Origin: a virus
Direction: 5' to 3' (one strand)
Length of the DNA stretch: 64,000 bases
IMG/VR virus record: IMGVR_UViG_3300044691_000429
Location: 1-64,000 of that record
A program made the translations under genes and the position numbers. Below are positions 27,423 to 37,806 of the stretch, piece after piece. Each line of letters opens with the position of its first letter. Position 1 is the stretch's first letter. Below the pieces are notes generated by a model, which saw only the letters and a program-made list of their open reading frames with translations, was not told the origin of the DNA and did no database searches.

Positions 27423-27860
27423 ATGGCACAGAAGGCCCTCGGGCGCCTCTTCAACTTCACCCCCGCCGGTGACGGCACGTGGATCAACCTCAAGGACTGC
27501 GGCGGCGTCACCTTCGCCTGCTACCTGTCCGGCGCAGCGGGCGACGTGTACACCCTCCAGGAAGCCAAGGACGCCGCGGGTACCGGTGCGCAGAACCTGC
27601 CGGTCATCTCCACGTTCTGGACGAACACCGGCAACGGCACCGACGCGTGGACGATCCACTCTCAGGCTGCCGTGGCGACCGCCACCACGACCGCCACCGC
27701 TACGCAGAACGCGATGGTCGTCGAAGTCCTCGGGACCTCGCTGGACGACGGTTACAAGTTCGTGAAGCTCACGTCCACCGGCGCGGGCCTCGTCAACGTC
27801 CTGACCACGGACCTCAAAACCCAGCGCAGCCCGTCGAACCTCCCCGCGATGGGGGTCTGA
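27423..27860 (+). CDS. Virion structural protein (possible head decoration)
   Basis: Position after capsid, AAAGG RBS. Confidence 0.6.
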   Translation: MAQKALGRLFNFTPAGDGTWINLKDCGGVTFACYLSGAAGDVYTLQEAKDAAGTGAQNLPVISTFWTNTGNGTDAWTIHSQAAVATATTTATATQNAMVVEVLGTSLDDGYKFVKLTSTGAGLVNVLTTDLKTQRSPSNLPAMGV

Positions 27861-27862
27861 CT

Positions 27863-28336
27863 ATGAGGAAGCGCACTCTTGTAGCGACGCTCGCGGGCGT
27901 AGCCCTCATTCCGCTGATTGCTGGCATCGGCATCGCTTATGCGTCGATCCCGGCGACGGACGGCACCGTTCACGGCTGCTACCAGAGCGGCGGACTCGGT
28001 AACGGTTCGTTGTACGTCATCGACTCCGCCGCCTCCTGCCCCACCGGCTACACGGCGCTGAACTGGCAGCAGACTGCGCCCGTCGGCATCGCCGGATACC
28101 AGGTCGTCTCGCATAACTTCAGCGTTCCAGGGCCAAGGGGGCCCAGTACCTACGACGACACCGTGAGCTGCCCCGCTGGGAAGGTTGCACTGGCAGGCGG
28201 CGTGCCCGGTGCCGTCATCTCGTGGCCCACAACGGACGGCACAGGGTGGGACTTCGAAGTCAATACCCCGTCAGTCGAGGCCGGGGCCTTCTTGTCGATC
28301 AACGCCCGAGTGGCGTGCGCAACGGAAGGGGTCTGA
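27863..28336 (+). CDS. Secreted protein (signal peptide) inserted in head module
   Basis: MRKRTLVATLAGVALIPLIAGIGIAYA; GCY...CPTG...LNW, CPAGKVALAGG; atypical codon usage. Confidence 0.65.
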   Translation: MRKRTLVATLAGVALIPLIAGIGIAYASIPATDGTVHGCYQSGGLGNGSLYVIDSAASCPTGYTALNWQQTAPVGIAGYQVVSHNFSVPGPRGPSTYDDTVSCPAGKVALAGGVPGAVISWPTTDGTGWDFEVNTPSVEAGAFLSINARVACATEGV

Positions 28337-28337
28337 C

Positions 28338-28811
28338 ATGGCCTCCGGAGTTCCGGGCCGCGACCAGCGGAAGCTGCTGTTCGGCACGAAGGTCGAGGAG
28401 CCGGCGGCCGTGCTGCCTGCGACCGCCACCGCGCACATTTTCACCGTCGCGGGCGGCCGGGTCATCGTCACGAGCCTCACCGGGCAGTGCACCACGGTGT
28501 GCTCGGCGACCGCGACCACGGTGTCCGTCGGCCACACCCCGCTCACCGGCACCGCGTCGGTGAGCGCTCTGGCCACGGCGAGCAGTGTCGCCTCGGCGGA
28601 GGTCGGGTCGCTGGTGTCCCTGCCGATCACCAAGGGCGCGCTGCTCGTCAACCTCTTCGCTGGCGGGTCGGCTCAGGCCCCGGGGTCAGGCGGCTACGTC
28701 GTGCCCCCGGGTCAGATCGACATCGTCACCAGCGCCACGAACACCGGGGCGTTCAAGTGGACGCTGACCTACGTGCCGCTGGACGACGGCGCCACGGTGG
28801 TGGCCGTCTGA
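28338..28811 (+). CDS. Virion structural protein (putative)
   Basis: Beta-rich, ends YVPLDDGATVVAV. Confidence 0.65.
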   Translation: MASGVPGRDQRKLLFGTKVEEPAAVLPATATAHIFTVAGGRVIVTSLTGQCTTVCSATATTVSVGHTPLTGTASVSALATASSVASAEVGSLVSLPITKGALLVNLFAGGSAQAPGSGGYVVPPGQIDIVTSATNTGAFKWTLTYVPLDDGATVVAV

Positions 28812-29401
28812 TGAGCGTCCTGGTCTGCGGCGCGTGCACCGCCCGGTACGCGGTGGGCGCGGAGAAGTGCCCCCAGTGCGGGGCGACCGAGGCGCGCGAG
28901 GAGCACGAAGTGTCGCTGCTGGCATCGCTCACTGTCGCCTGCCTGCCGGACAACGCCGGCTGTCGGTACGGCGGCGTGAAGCGACGGGTGATGCTGCCGC
29001 AGATCGTGCCCGGCGTCATCGACATGCCGCAGCTGCACTGCGCGGGCTGCGGCGCCGAACTGGTCCGCATCACCAACGAACCCCAGCAGGAAGTGGAGGA
29101 CGACGTGCCGAAGAGCACGGTGCACACCGGGGCCAGCAACGAGGCCGCCGAACTCCCGGCCGACGACGCCGGGCAGCTGGTGCAGGCCGACACCGAAGGT
29201 GGTGAGGACGTATCTCCTGGTACCAGCTCCTCGACATCGTCCGAGAAGCCGCCGCCCTCGCCGCCGACGAGCGAGCCCGAGGCCCCATCGCCTGCCCGCA
29301 AGACGGCGAGCCGCTCCTCCAAGGGCCGGACGGCGGCCTCTACTGCCCCTTCGACAACTGGCGACCCGACGGCACCCAGCTCTGACGGCGACGAGGGCTG
29401 A
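28811..29401 (+). CDS. Zinc-ribbon hypothetical protein with disordered tail
   Basis: CGACTARYAVGAEKCPQCG. Confidence 0.65.
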   Translation: MSVLVCGACTARYAVGAEKCPQCGATEAREEHEVSLLASLTVACLPDNAGCRYGGVKRRVMLPQIVPGVIDMPQLHCAGCGAELVRITNEPQQEVEDDVPKSTVHTGASNEAAELPADDAGQLVQADTEGGEDVSPGTSSSTSSEKPPPSPPTSEPEAPSPARKTASRSSKGRTAASTAPSTTGDPTAPSSDGDEG

Positions 29402-29404
29402 CGG

Positions 29405-29620
29405 ATGAGCACACCCACACCGCTCAACGGCTACCGCATCACGTGGGCCTCGGGCGACGGCGACGGTTCCCGCATACACGCCCACGAGGTGCAGGCGACG
29501 AACTGGGCAATCGACCCCAGCATCGGCTTCGCCATCTTCAAGAACGCGGACGACACGACTGTCTTCGCGATCAACGTCGAGTTCCTCGTCGCCGTCGAGC
29601 GCGTCACCGAGAAGAGCTGA
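29405..29620 (+). CDS. Hypothetical protein
   Basis: ORF in operon. Confidence 0.55.
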   Translation: MSTPTPLNGYRITWASGDGDGSRIHAHEVQATNWAIDPSIGFAIFKNADDTTVFAINVEFLVAVERVTEKS

Positions 29621-29628
29621 GGGAGGGT

Positions 29629-30684
29629 ATGAGCACGGCCTGGTTCGCGACCAGGGAGGACGTGAGGTCCGCCCTGAGCTCGGCTTCGTCTGCGCGTGAT
29701 GACGCGCAGATCGACCGCGCCCTCGCTTCGGCGACGACCGCGGTCTCCGAGCTGTGCCACCGCGATTTCCAGCCCGTGCTCACCACCCGCACCTTCGACT
29801 GGCCCGACGCGCAGACGCCCCGGTCGTGGCGCCAGTGGCTCGACCGCAACGAACTCATCTCCGCCAGCCTCGTCGTGTCCGGCGGCGTCACCATCCCCGC
29901 CACCGACTACTACCTGGAACCCAACAACGACGGGCCGCCCTACGACCGGATCGAGATCCGCCTCGACCGGCAGTCCGCATGGTCCATGGGCTCCACCCAC
30001 CAGCGCGCCATCTCGGTGACCGGATGGTTCGGGTACCGCGACGACCAGGCGGCCGCCGGGGCGCTCGCCGCAGCCATTACCTCGACCACCGCCACCACGG
30101 CCACGGTCACCGACTCCACCGCGGTGGGCGTCGGCGACCTCCTGTCCTGCGGCGCGGAGCGCATGACGGTCGCCAACAAGCGCCTGGTCAGCACCGGGCA
30201 GACGCTCCAGTCCCCGCTCGGCGCGGCCAAGAACGATGTGCTCATGAGCGTTGCCGACACCACGGCGTTCGCCGTCGGGGAGACGCTGACCCTCGGCGCC
30301 GAGCGCGTCTGGGTGCGGGACATCACCGACACCCTCCTCGTGGAGCGCGCCTACGACGGAACCCAACTTGACTCCCACAGCGGCGAGACGATCTGGGCCC
30401 CGCGGCTGCTGACCCTCACGCGGGGCGCGGCCGGCACGCTTCCCGCAACGGCGGCCGGCGGGACGGCGCTCACCCGGTGGGCGCCTCCTGGGATGGTCAA
30501 GTCGCTGGCTGTCGCAGAGGCCATGTGCACGCTTTACAACGAGCAGGCCGGCTACGCCCGGACCGTGCGCACGCAGGCAGGCAGCGGCACCCGCTCGGTG
30601 GCCGCAGTCACGGTCGAGCGGGACAACCTGCGGGCTCAGGTCTATTCCAGCCTCGGCCGCCAGGCCCGGATCAGGGCGGTGTGA
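29629..30684 (+). CDS. Head-to-tail adaptor-like protein
   Basis: FATREDV...IDRALASAT..V..LCHRDF; position. Confidence 0.7.
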   Translation: MSTAWFATREDVRSALSSASSARDDAQIDRALASATTAVSELCHRDFQPVLTTRTFDWPDAQTPRSWRQWLDRNELISASLVVSGGVTIPATDYYLEPNNDGPPYDRIEIRLDRQSAWSMGSTHQRAISVTGWFGYRDDQAAAGALAAAITSTTATTATVTDSTAVGVGDLLSCGAERMTVANKRLVSTGQTLQSPLGAAKNDVLMSVADTTAFAVGETLTLGAERVWVRDITDTLLVERAYDGTQLDSHSGETIWAPRLLTLTRGAAGTLPATAAGGTALTRWAPPGMVKSLAVAEAMCTLYNEQAGYARTVRTQAGSGTRSVAAVTVERDNLRAQVYSSLGRQARIRAV

Positions 30685-30685
30685 C

Positions 30686-31078
30686 ATGGGAGTCACATAC
30701 GGCGTCAACGTCCGCCTGAAGGGCCCCATCGTGGAGGGGCGCGGCAAGATCGCCACGGCGCGCATGACGTCCACCGCGCTGCGCGATGTCGCGGACTACG
30801 CCAAGTACGAGGTCAGCATGGACCTGACCAAGGTGCTGCGCCACCCCACCGGCTACTACGAGTCGCGGATCGTGAAGGAGCTGCGTGGCCCCGGGGTGTA
30901 CAGCATCAACGACTCCGGCGTGATCTACGGGCCATGGCTGGAAGGCGTTAGCTTCCGCAACCAGACCAGCAGTTTCAAGGGCTACGCCACGTTCCGCCGC
31001 GCCCGCAACCGCGTCTCACGAAAGGCCACCGCCATCGGTGAGGCCGCCATCGCCCGAGGGGTGGGACTGCTCGGATGA
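30686..31078 (+). CDS. Neck/tail completion protein (HK97 gp10-like)
   Basis: HPTGYYES, IYGPWLEG, FKGY. Confidence 0.65.
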   Translation: MGVTYGVNVRLKGPIVEGRGKIATARMTSTALRDVADYAKYEVSMDLTKVLRHPTGYYESRIVKELRGPGVYSINDSGVIYGPWLEGVSFRNQTSSFKGYATFRRARNRVSRKATAIGEAAIARGVGLLG

Positions 31079-31536
31079 GCCTCGACGTCACCACCATCCT
31101 CGACGCGATCCAGTCCCACGCGCTGGCCAGTGGCTACTTCACCAAGGTCAACGGCGCCGAGCCCAAGAGCCCGCCGGACACCTCGGGAATCCTCTGCGCG
31201 GTGTGGGTCGAGGAGATCGGCCCCGCCACCGGAGCCTCCGGCCTGGACTCCACCAGCATCCGCCTCGCCTTCTACGTGCGGCTGTACGCGGGCCTGCTCA
31301 CGGAGGCCGAGGATGCCATCGACCCGAACCTGATGACCGCCCTCGACGCGCTGATGGCTGCGTACAGCAGCGACTTCACCTTGGGCGGCCTGGTGCGGCA
31401 GGTCGATCTTCTCGGTGCGTTCGGCAATCCGCTGGCGGCCCGCGCCGGCTACCTCGTTGAGGGCGGCGCCGAGTTTCGAGTCATGACCATCACGCTGCCC
31501 GTCGTGGTCAACGACCTCTGGGAGCAGAGCGAATGA
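31075..31536 (+). CDS. Tail terminator-like protein
   Basis: Position; DFTLGG motif. Confidence 0.6.
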   Translation: MSLDVTTILDAIQSHALASGYFTKVNGAEPKSPPDTSGILCAVWVEEIGPATGASGLDSTSIRLAFYVRLYAGLLTEAEDAIDPNLMTALDALMAAYSSDFTLGGLVRQVDLLGAFGNPLAARAGYLVEGGAEFRVMTITLPVVVNDLWEQSE

Positions 31537-31832
31537 GCGATCCCGTCATCACCGTCACGGCGACCGTCATGGACGGCCAGGTCGCCCGCTGGTACCGCAG
31601 TGTCGAGGACGCCACGATCCACCGCGCCGTGCTCAGCGCGTCCCGAAGCGGGGTCAGCGTCTACGCCGAGTTCCTGACGGACGTGCCGCAGGAGTGGATC
31701 GACGCCGCGAAGGCCGCACATGCCGAGCTCGCCGCCGACCGGAACGCCGACGTGCGGCACCTGGCCACACACAGGAACCGGGGCTTCTCGAACGGCCCGC
31801 TGGAACCGGTAGAGAAGGGAGACCAGTCGTGA
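31533..31832 (+). CDS. Hypothetical protein
   Basis: Coupled ORF. Confidence 0.6.
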   Translation: MSDPVITVTATVMDGQVARWYRSVEDATIHRAVLSASRSGVSVYAEFLTDVPQEWIDAAKAAHAELAADRNADVRHLATHRNRGFSNGPLEPVEKGDQS

Positions 31833-32566
31833 CCAAGCAGGGCGGCCTCGGCGACAACTTCTACGTCAGCGGCTTCAACGCGTCCGGCAGCATCAACGCG
31901 CTCGGCAACGTCGGGGGCGGTCCGGCTGCGCTGGACCTCACGGACATCACGCAGTCCGCGATGGCCCGCCAGGGCGGTGTCAGGGACGGCCGGATCGACT
32001 TCACGAGCTTCTTCGACCCTGCGCTCGGCATGACTCACGACAAGCTCGCGGCGCTGCCGACGGCGGACGTTCTGTTCACCTACTGCCGGGGTACCACGCT
32101 GGGCGCCCCCGCATCGTGCCTGAACGGCAAGCAGATCGACTATGCCGGGACCCGCGGCCAGGACGGGTCCTTCACCTTCGCGGTCAACGGGCAGGCCAAC
32201 GGCTTCGGCCTGGAGTGGGGACTGCTGGGCACCGCTGGCATCCGCACCGACACCGCGGCGACCAACGGGACGGCCCTGGACAACGCGGCCTCCAGCGCGT
32301 TCGGGTTGCAGGCCTACGTGCAGGTCTTCTCCATCACCGGTACCAGCGTGACCGTGAAACTCCAGGACTCCCCGGACAACGTCACGTTCACCGACGTGGT
32401 CGGCGGCGCGTTTGCCGCGGCGACCGTGGCCGGGGCGCAGCGCATCGCCACCTCGAACGCCCAGACCGTGGCCCGCTATGTGCGGGTGGCGACCACCGGG
32501 ACGTTCACCAACGCGCAGTTCGCCGTCGTGATCTGCCGCAACCCGATCGCAGGGGTGACCTTCTGA
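31829..32566 (+). CDS. Tail structural protein (tail-tube-like)
   Basis: G/T/A-rich beta protein, VKLQDSPDNVTFTDV. Confidence 0.6.
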   Translation: MTKQGGLGDNFYVSGFNASGSINALGNVGGGPAALDLTDITQSAMARQGGVRDGRIDFTSFFDPALGMTHDKLAALPTADVLFTYCRGTTLGAPASCLNGKQIDYAGTRGQDGSFTFAVNGQANGFGLEWGLLGTAGIRTDTAATNGTALDNAASSAFGLQAYVQVFSITGTSVTVKLQDSPDNVTFTDVVGGAFAAATVAGAQRIATSNAQTVARYVRVATTGTFTNAQFAVVICRNPIAGVTF

Positions 32567-33003
32567 TGAGCGTGATCGAGCCCCGCATGGGCCCCGAGTC
32601 GTACAAGACGTATGCGATCGCCTCGCCGCTGGCGACGCACTGGCGCCCCGCGTCGTGCGAGGAGATCGACTGCCAGGACTTCCTGAACGGCTGGCGGACC
32701 CGCGTTGAGGGCCTGGCCCCCGAGGTGCTGCACGCGGTGCGGCACCAGAGCGGCCGGAAGTTCACGGAGCTGCCGGTCGTCGAGGGCGAGACGTGGCTGG
32801 TCTTCGAGCCGGGTCAGCCGTGCTGGCGGGCCAGTCTGCACCGGATCCCCGTCGGCCGGCCGGAGCTGTACGTGGTGCGGGACGGCGACCGGCGCGGTAA
32901 TCCGCGCGGCACCAAGGACCGGCTGCACGTCAAGCCGGAGCACTGGCAAGAGGACTTCGCGACGCACCAGCAGGGGCTCGCGGACGCCATCGAACGCGGA
33001 TAA
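32566..33003 (+). CDS. Hypothetical protein
   Basis: TGATG coupling. Confidence 0.65.
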   Translation: MSVIEPRMGPESYKTYAIASPLATHWRPASCEEIDCQDFLNGWRTRVEGLAPEVLHAVRHQSGRKFTELPVVEGETWLVFEPGQPCWRASLHRIPVGRPELYVVRDGDRRGNPRGTKDRLHVKPEHWQEDFATHQQGLADAIERG

Positions 33004-33030
33004 CGGCATTTACAGCAATTCAGAGAGGGA

Positions 33031-33441
33031 GTGAGTCCCATTTCGAAAAGCTCGGGATTGGGCTGGAGTACGTGCACGGTGGACGATGCGTCCGGCACGC
33101 CGACCATCATCAAGAACGACGTCACCAACCTCCAATTCGCCACGCCTCGCGCGGTGCAGGACGTCACGGGTATCGACAAGTCGGCGATGGAGCGGCTGCT
33201 GCTGCTCGCCGATGCCAGCATCACGTTGCAGACGGTGTTCAACCCGACCGGGGCGCACCTGGTGTTCTCCACGGTGCCGTCCACGTCGGTGGCCCGGACC
33301 ACGACTCTCACCGTCAGCGGAAAGACGCTGGCGATGGAGATCCTGTACACGGACTACCCGTTGCAGCGGTCGAATGCGGGTGACCTCACCGCGTCCATTC
33401 CTGGTGTCTTGGCGGACGGAAATGTGCCCACATGGGCGTGA
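33031..33441 (+). CDS. Probable major tail protein
   Basis: QDVTGIDKSAMERLLLLAD; directly before the chaperone. Confidence 0.6.
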   Translation: MSPISKSSGLGWSTCTVDDASGTPTIIKNDVTNLQFATPRAVQDVTGIDKSAMERLLLLADASITLQTVFNPTGAHLVFSTVPSTSVARTTTLTVSGKTLAMEILYTDYPLQRSNAGDLTASIPGVLADGNVPTWA

Positions 33442-33477
33442 GCGAGTAACGGCCCGTTTCGAGCAAGGAGTAACACC

Positions 33478-33885
33478 GTGGGCAGCAGGCGGAATCCGAC
33501 GCTGTACAAGCTGACGTTCGATGAGACCACCGACGATCCGGGTTTGGAGATCACCCTCAGGTCGATGTCGATCCGGAAGCTCAAGGAGCTGAGCGGGCAG
33601 CGGCGAGACGGCGAGACGGACGACGAGGTGTTTGACCGCCTGTGCTCGCTGATCGCCTCTCAGCTCGTCTCCTGGAACCGGGAGGACGAGGACGGCAACC
33701 CGGTCCCGGCGACGCTTGAGTCCCTGGAGGACGAGGAGCCGAAGCTCGTCCACGCCATCATCGCCAAGTGGAATAACGCCATGGTGGGCGTCCCGGCCCC
33801 TTTGGAAAGCGACTCGCCCTCTGGCGAGCTTTCCCCGGTGGAATCGATTCTGACGGAAATCCCGTCCGAAAGCCTCGCGAGCTAG
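33478..33885 (+). CDS. Tail assembly chaperone (gpG-like)
   Basis: LVSWNREDEDGNPVPAT; upstream of tape measure. Confidence 0.8.
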   Translation: MGSRRNPTLYKLTFDETTDDPGLEITLRSMSIRKLKELSGQRRDGETDDEVFDRLCSLIASQLVSWNREDEDGNPVPATLESLEDEEPKLVHAIIAKWNNAMVGVPAPLESDSPSGELSPVESILTEIPSESLAS

Positions 33886-34040
33886 AGGACGCCGAGTTCC
33901 TGGACGAACTTTGCCGACGGTGGCACGTGCCGCCGTGGGAAGTCGAGAACGCGCCTGCGGAGTATTTGCAGTACCTAGAAATCCTGCGATTGGGGGTGAA
34001 TTCCGATGTCGAACCTGGTGGAAATCCTGGTAACGGCTAA
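33478..34040 (+). CDS. Tail assembly chaperone gpGT-like -1 frameshift product
   Basis: Slippery C CCT TTG at 33798-33804; -1 frame open to TAA 34040 (…LDELCRRWHVPPWEVENAPAEYLQYLEIL…). Confidence 0.75.
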
Positions 34041-37000
34041 AGACCTGACGGGCCCGGCGATGGCCGAGGTCAACGCGAAGGTCAACAGTGCATCCAAGGG
34101 CATGGCCGTCTTCCACAAGACGGCGCTGCTAGCCGGGGCGGGTTTCGCGGCCATTGGTTTCGAGGCCGTGAAGATGGCCAGCCGGTTCGACAGCGAAATG
34201 ACCCTGTTGCAGACGCAGGCCGGGGTGAGCAAGGACAAGATCGGCGGCCTCAAGCAAGGCGTTCTCGACCTTGCGGGGAAGGTCGCGCAGAGCCCGGACA
34301 GCCTCGCCGAGGCGCTGTTCCACGTCGAGTCGAACTTCGAATCGATGGGCATCACCTCGACGAAGGCGCTCGCGCTGACCGAGACCGCAGCCAAGGGCGC
34401 CACCGTCGGCCACGCGAACCTCGTGGACGTCACCAACGCCCTGACCGCCGCCGTCGCCTCGGGAATCCCCGGGGTGCAGAACTTCGACCAGGCCATGGGC
34501 ATGTTGAACGCCACGGTCGGTGTCGGCGACATGAAGATGTCCGACCTGGCTTCCGCGTTCAGCACCGGCATGGTCGCCACCGTCAAGGGCTACGGGCTCA
34601 GCATCACGGACGTCTCGGCCGCCCTGGCCGTCTTCGGTGACAACAACATCAGGGGTACCAACGCGGCGACCCAGCTGCGCATGGCCGTGCAGTATCTGGC
34701 CAAGCCCGTGGCCGGCGGTGCGGCTCAGTTGCAGGCTCTCGGGTTGCAGACGGACACCCTGGCGAAGGACATGCAGAAGGGCGGCCTGAAGCTCGCCCTG
34801 GAGGATCTGGTCGGGCATATGCAGGCGGCGGGTATCGCCTCCGATCAGCAGGGCCAGGTCATCACCAACGCGTTCGGCAAAAAAGCTGGAACCGGGATCA
34901 ATATTTTGGTCGACCAGCTCGGCCGCATGGAGAGCAAGTATCCGGCGCTGGCCGCGGGTGCGATGGGTTTCCAGGACGCGTGGACGGCGACGACGAAGAC
35001 GGCGGCGTTCCAGGCGAAGGCGCTCCAGTCGTCGTTCGACGCGTTGATGATCAGCATCGGGGAGAAGCTGCTGCCCCCGTTGCAGTCGCTCCTGAATCTG
35101 CTGTCGTCACACAAAGCGATCACCATGGGCGCGACCGTGGCGACTCTCGGCCTGCTCGGCGCTGTGGTGCTGGTGTCCGCGGCGATGAAGACGGCGGCGG
35201 CAGCCACGATGCTGTGGTCTGCGGCGACGAAGGGCGCGGCAGGCGTAGCGGCCGTGTTCGAGACTGTCGCCCTCAAGGCCATGTACATGAAGGACGCGTC
35301 GATCGCGGCCGGTGGTGGCCTGAAGGGTCTCGGTGCCGCGTTCGGCACGCTGTCCACCGGGGCGAAGCTGGGCGTCGCCGTGGCCGCGATCGGCGCGCTG
35401 GTGCTGGTCCTGGACAAGCTGTCGAACTCCGGGAAGCACGCCCCGGACGTTGACCGGATGGCCACGGCTCTCGGGGATCTGGCGCTGAAGGGCAAGGCGA
35501 CGGGTGAGCTTTCGAGGACGTTCGGCGCGGATCTCAGCGGCCTGGGCGACGACATCGCGAAGCTCAGCGGCAAGAAGGACGCGCTCGATCACTTCAACGA
35601 CGTGATGAACAAGATCTTCACCCTCGGCATGGGGCACTCCAACGGGCCGAGGCAGGCGGCGGAGGATATCGGCGCGGTCGACAAGGGCCTCGCGTCGCTG
35701 GTGACGTCGGGGCACGCGGACCTGGCAGCGATCGCTCTGGGCAACCTGCAAAGGGCCGGGACGAAGATCGACCCGAAGTACCTGGACGCCTACACGCACG
35801 CGCTCGCCGACACCCAGTACCAGAGTGATCTGACCGCGCAGGCGCAGGGCAAGTTCGGCAAGCAGGCCCAGGACGTACAGGCCGCGCTCGACGTGCAGAA
35901 GGCCGCAGCGGACGGGCTGGCCCTGTCGCTCCAGGCGCTGGACCAGATCAACCAGGACTCGTACAACTCGCAGACCAAGTTCGAGGACGCGATCAGCAAG
36001 GGCACCGCCGCACTGAAGACCAACGGCGCGACCCTCGATGTCCACACCGACAAGGGCCGGGCCAACCGGGACGCGCTCGCTGCGATCGCGGCCGGCACGG
36101 ACGACTACACGGCCAAGCTCGTCAAGCAGGGAGCCACGTGGGACACGGTCAACGGGGTGTATCAGCGGGGTTACAACTCGCTGGTGAAGTCGGCCATTGC
36201 CATGGGCGACAGCCGGCAACAGGCCGAGGCGCTGGCGAACAGTCTGATCCACATTCCGAAGGAGGTGAAGGTAGGCGGCAATATCTCGGATGTCGAGGCG
36301 AAGCTGAAGAAGCTCAACGGGGAACTCAAGACCGCCACCGGGTCGAGGACGACGAAGGTCAAGGCGGACATCGCTGACGCCGAGAAGAAACTCGCCGACT
36401 ACAAGTGGCAGTTGGCGCAACTGGGCCCCAAGACCGTCACGCTCACCACGTTCTTCAACTCGGTGTACTCGGGTCCGAACCTCGGTGGTCTCCCCAAGAG
36501 GGCGACCGGTGGCCAGATCAAGGGCCCGGGTACAGGCGCCAGCGATGACGTGCTGATGTGGGGCAGCAACGGCGAGTACGTCATCAACGCGGAGCAGACG
36601 AAGAAGCACAAAGGGCTGCTCGATGCCATCAACGGCGGCCTCGACGGGTTCGCCGGGGGTGGCCTTATCGGTTACGCCAAGGGCGGGAAGGTCACCGCAG
36701 CCCGGAAGGCAGCGCAGAAGGCAACCGCAGCGGAGCAGCAGGCACGCGGTGACGCACTGAGCCAGCTCGACGTGAGCGGGTACGGGCGGGTGGCCGGGTA
36801 TTCCGCGTCGCCGTTCGAGCATTCGACGTCGGGTGCGGGCAGTGTGGACAGTCTCGTTAGCGCGTTGAATGAGTGGAACGGCCGTATCCGGGCGGCGACC
36901 CGCGGGGCGACCGAGTCGAAGCTGCTGAACGCGCTGAACAACTTCGGCGCGGGGATGCTCAAGAACGAGAAGGCCCTCGAACGGGTCAACGGGCAGCTCG

Positions 37001-37806
37001 ACGGCGCGCGGGCGAAGCTCACGAGCCTGAAGGACTCCTTCAATCAGCTGCGGGACTCCGTGGCGTCCTCGGTCACCTCATACGGCTCCATCGCGAAGTC
37101 CGGCACCGGCCAGCCGGGCGGGGCGGCGAGCGTCATCAACCAGCTCCAGACCGATACGACCACGGCGAAACGATTCGCCTCCGACCTGGCGGCGCTGAAG
37201 AAGAAGGGCCTGAACGCCCAGTCCCTCACGGAGATCGCGAACGCCGGCATCTCGGGCGGCGGCCTGGAGACCGCGGAACGCCTCCTCGGCTCGTCCAAGA
37301 GCGACGTGAAGACCATCAACGCCCTGGAGAAGCAGCTCCTCGCCGCGGGCAACGCAGCGGGCACGACCACCGCGAGCAGCATGTACGGGGCGGGCATCAG
37401 CCAGGCGCAGGGCCTGGTGAACGGGCTGGCGAAGCAGCAGTCGCACCTGAACGCGATCATGGAGAAGGCCGCGGACGCCATGGCCGCGCAGCTCAAGCGG
37501 TCCCTGTCCGGCAAGGCGTCCGGCGGCATCGTGGGCGCCGCGGCGTCCGGAGGCAACCGGTGGGGCCGGACCCTGGTCGGCGAGTACGCGCCGGAACTGG
37601 TCGACCTGCCCATCGGGTCGCGGGTGCACTCGGGCCCGGACACCGCGCGGATGCTCTCCGGCGAGGGTGGACGGATGGCTCCGATCCTCGTCCAGGTCGT
37701 GATGGACAGCCGCGTCGTCGCGGAGCAGCTGGTCGAGCCCACTCGGAACCTGGTGCAGCGCAAGGCCGGCGGGGACGTGCAGAAGTTCTACGGGGGGCGG
37801 CTCTGA
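34006..37806 (+). CDS. Tape measure protein
   Basis: 1266 aa Ala/Gly-rich helical; TP901-like core; GGQIKGPGTGASD..NGEYV, LVGEYAPEL. Confidence 0.93.
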   Translation: MSNLVEILVTAKDLTGPAMAEVNAKVNSASKGMAVFHKTALLAGAGFAAIGFEAVKMASRFDSEMTLLQTQAGVSKDKIGGLKQGVLDLAGKVAQSPDSLAEALFHVESNFESMGITSTKALALTETAAKGATVGHANLVDVTNALTAAVASGIPGVQNFDQAMGMLNATVGVGDMKMSDLASAFSTGMVATVKGYGLSITDVSAALAVFGDNNIRGTNAATQLRMAVQYLAKPVAGGAAQLQALGLQTDTLAKDMQKGGLKLALEDLVGHMQAAGIASDQQGQVITNAFGKKAGTGINILVDQLGRMESKYPALAAGAMGFQDAWTATTKTAAFQAKALQSSFDALMISIGEKLLPPLQSLLNLLSSHKAITMGATVATLGLLGAVVLVSAAMKTAAAATMLWSAATKGAAGVAAVFETVALKAMYMKDASIAAGGGLKGLGAAFGTLSTGAKLGVAVAAIGALVLVLDKLSNSGKHAPDVDRMATALGDLALKGKATGELSRTFGADLSGLGDDIAKLSGKKDALDHFNDVMNKIFTLGMGHSNGPRQAAEDIGAVDKGLASLVTSGHADLAAIALGNLQRAGTKIDPKYLDAYTHALADTQYQSDLTAQAQGKFGKQAQDVQAALDVQKAAADGLALSLQALDQINQDSYNSQTKFEDAISKGTAALKTNGATLDVHTDKGRANRDALAAIAAGTDDYTAKLVKQGATWDTVNGVYQRGYNSLVKSAIAMGDSRQQAEALANSLIHIPKEVKVGGNISDVEAKLKKLNGELKTATGSRTTKVKADIADAEKKLADYKWQLAQLGPKTVTLTTFFNSVYSGPNLGGLPKRATGGQIKGPGTGASDDVLMWGSNGEYVINAEQTKKHKGLLDAINGGLDGFAGGGLIGYAKGGKVTAARKAAQKATAAEQQARGDALSQLDVSGYGRVAGYSASPFEHSTSGAGSVDSLVSALNEWNGRIRAATRGATESKLLNALNNFGAGMLKNEKALERVNGQLDGARAKLTSLKDSFNQLRDSVASSVTSYGSIAKSGTGQPGGAASVINQLQTDTTTAKRFASDLAALKKKGLNAQSLTEIANAGISGGGLETAERLLGSSKSDVKTINALEKQLLAAGNAAGTTTASSMYGAGISQAQGLVNGLAKQQSHLNAIMEKAADAMAAQLKRSLSGKASGGIVGAAASGGNRWGRTLVGEYAPELVDLPIGSRVHSGPDTARMLSGEGGRMAPILVQVVMDSRVVAEQLVEPTRNLVQRKAGGDVQKFYGGRL

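Noticed and set aside
25316-27511. Long minus-strand ORFs over capsid, portal, tail and ligase genes (also 39480-41822, 23117-24769, 9158-10660)
   Set aside because: Shadows of well-supported plus-strand genes
36873-37805. N-terminal extension of the 1396-aa ORF
   Set aside because: Overlaps tape measure in another frame with Arg/Gly-rich nonsense; real start is the TGATG-coupled ATG at 37806
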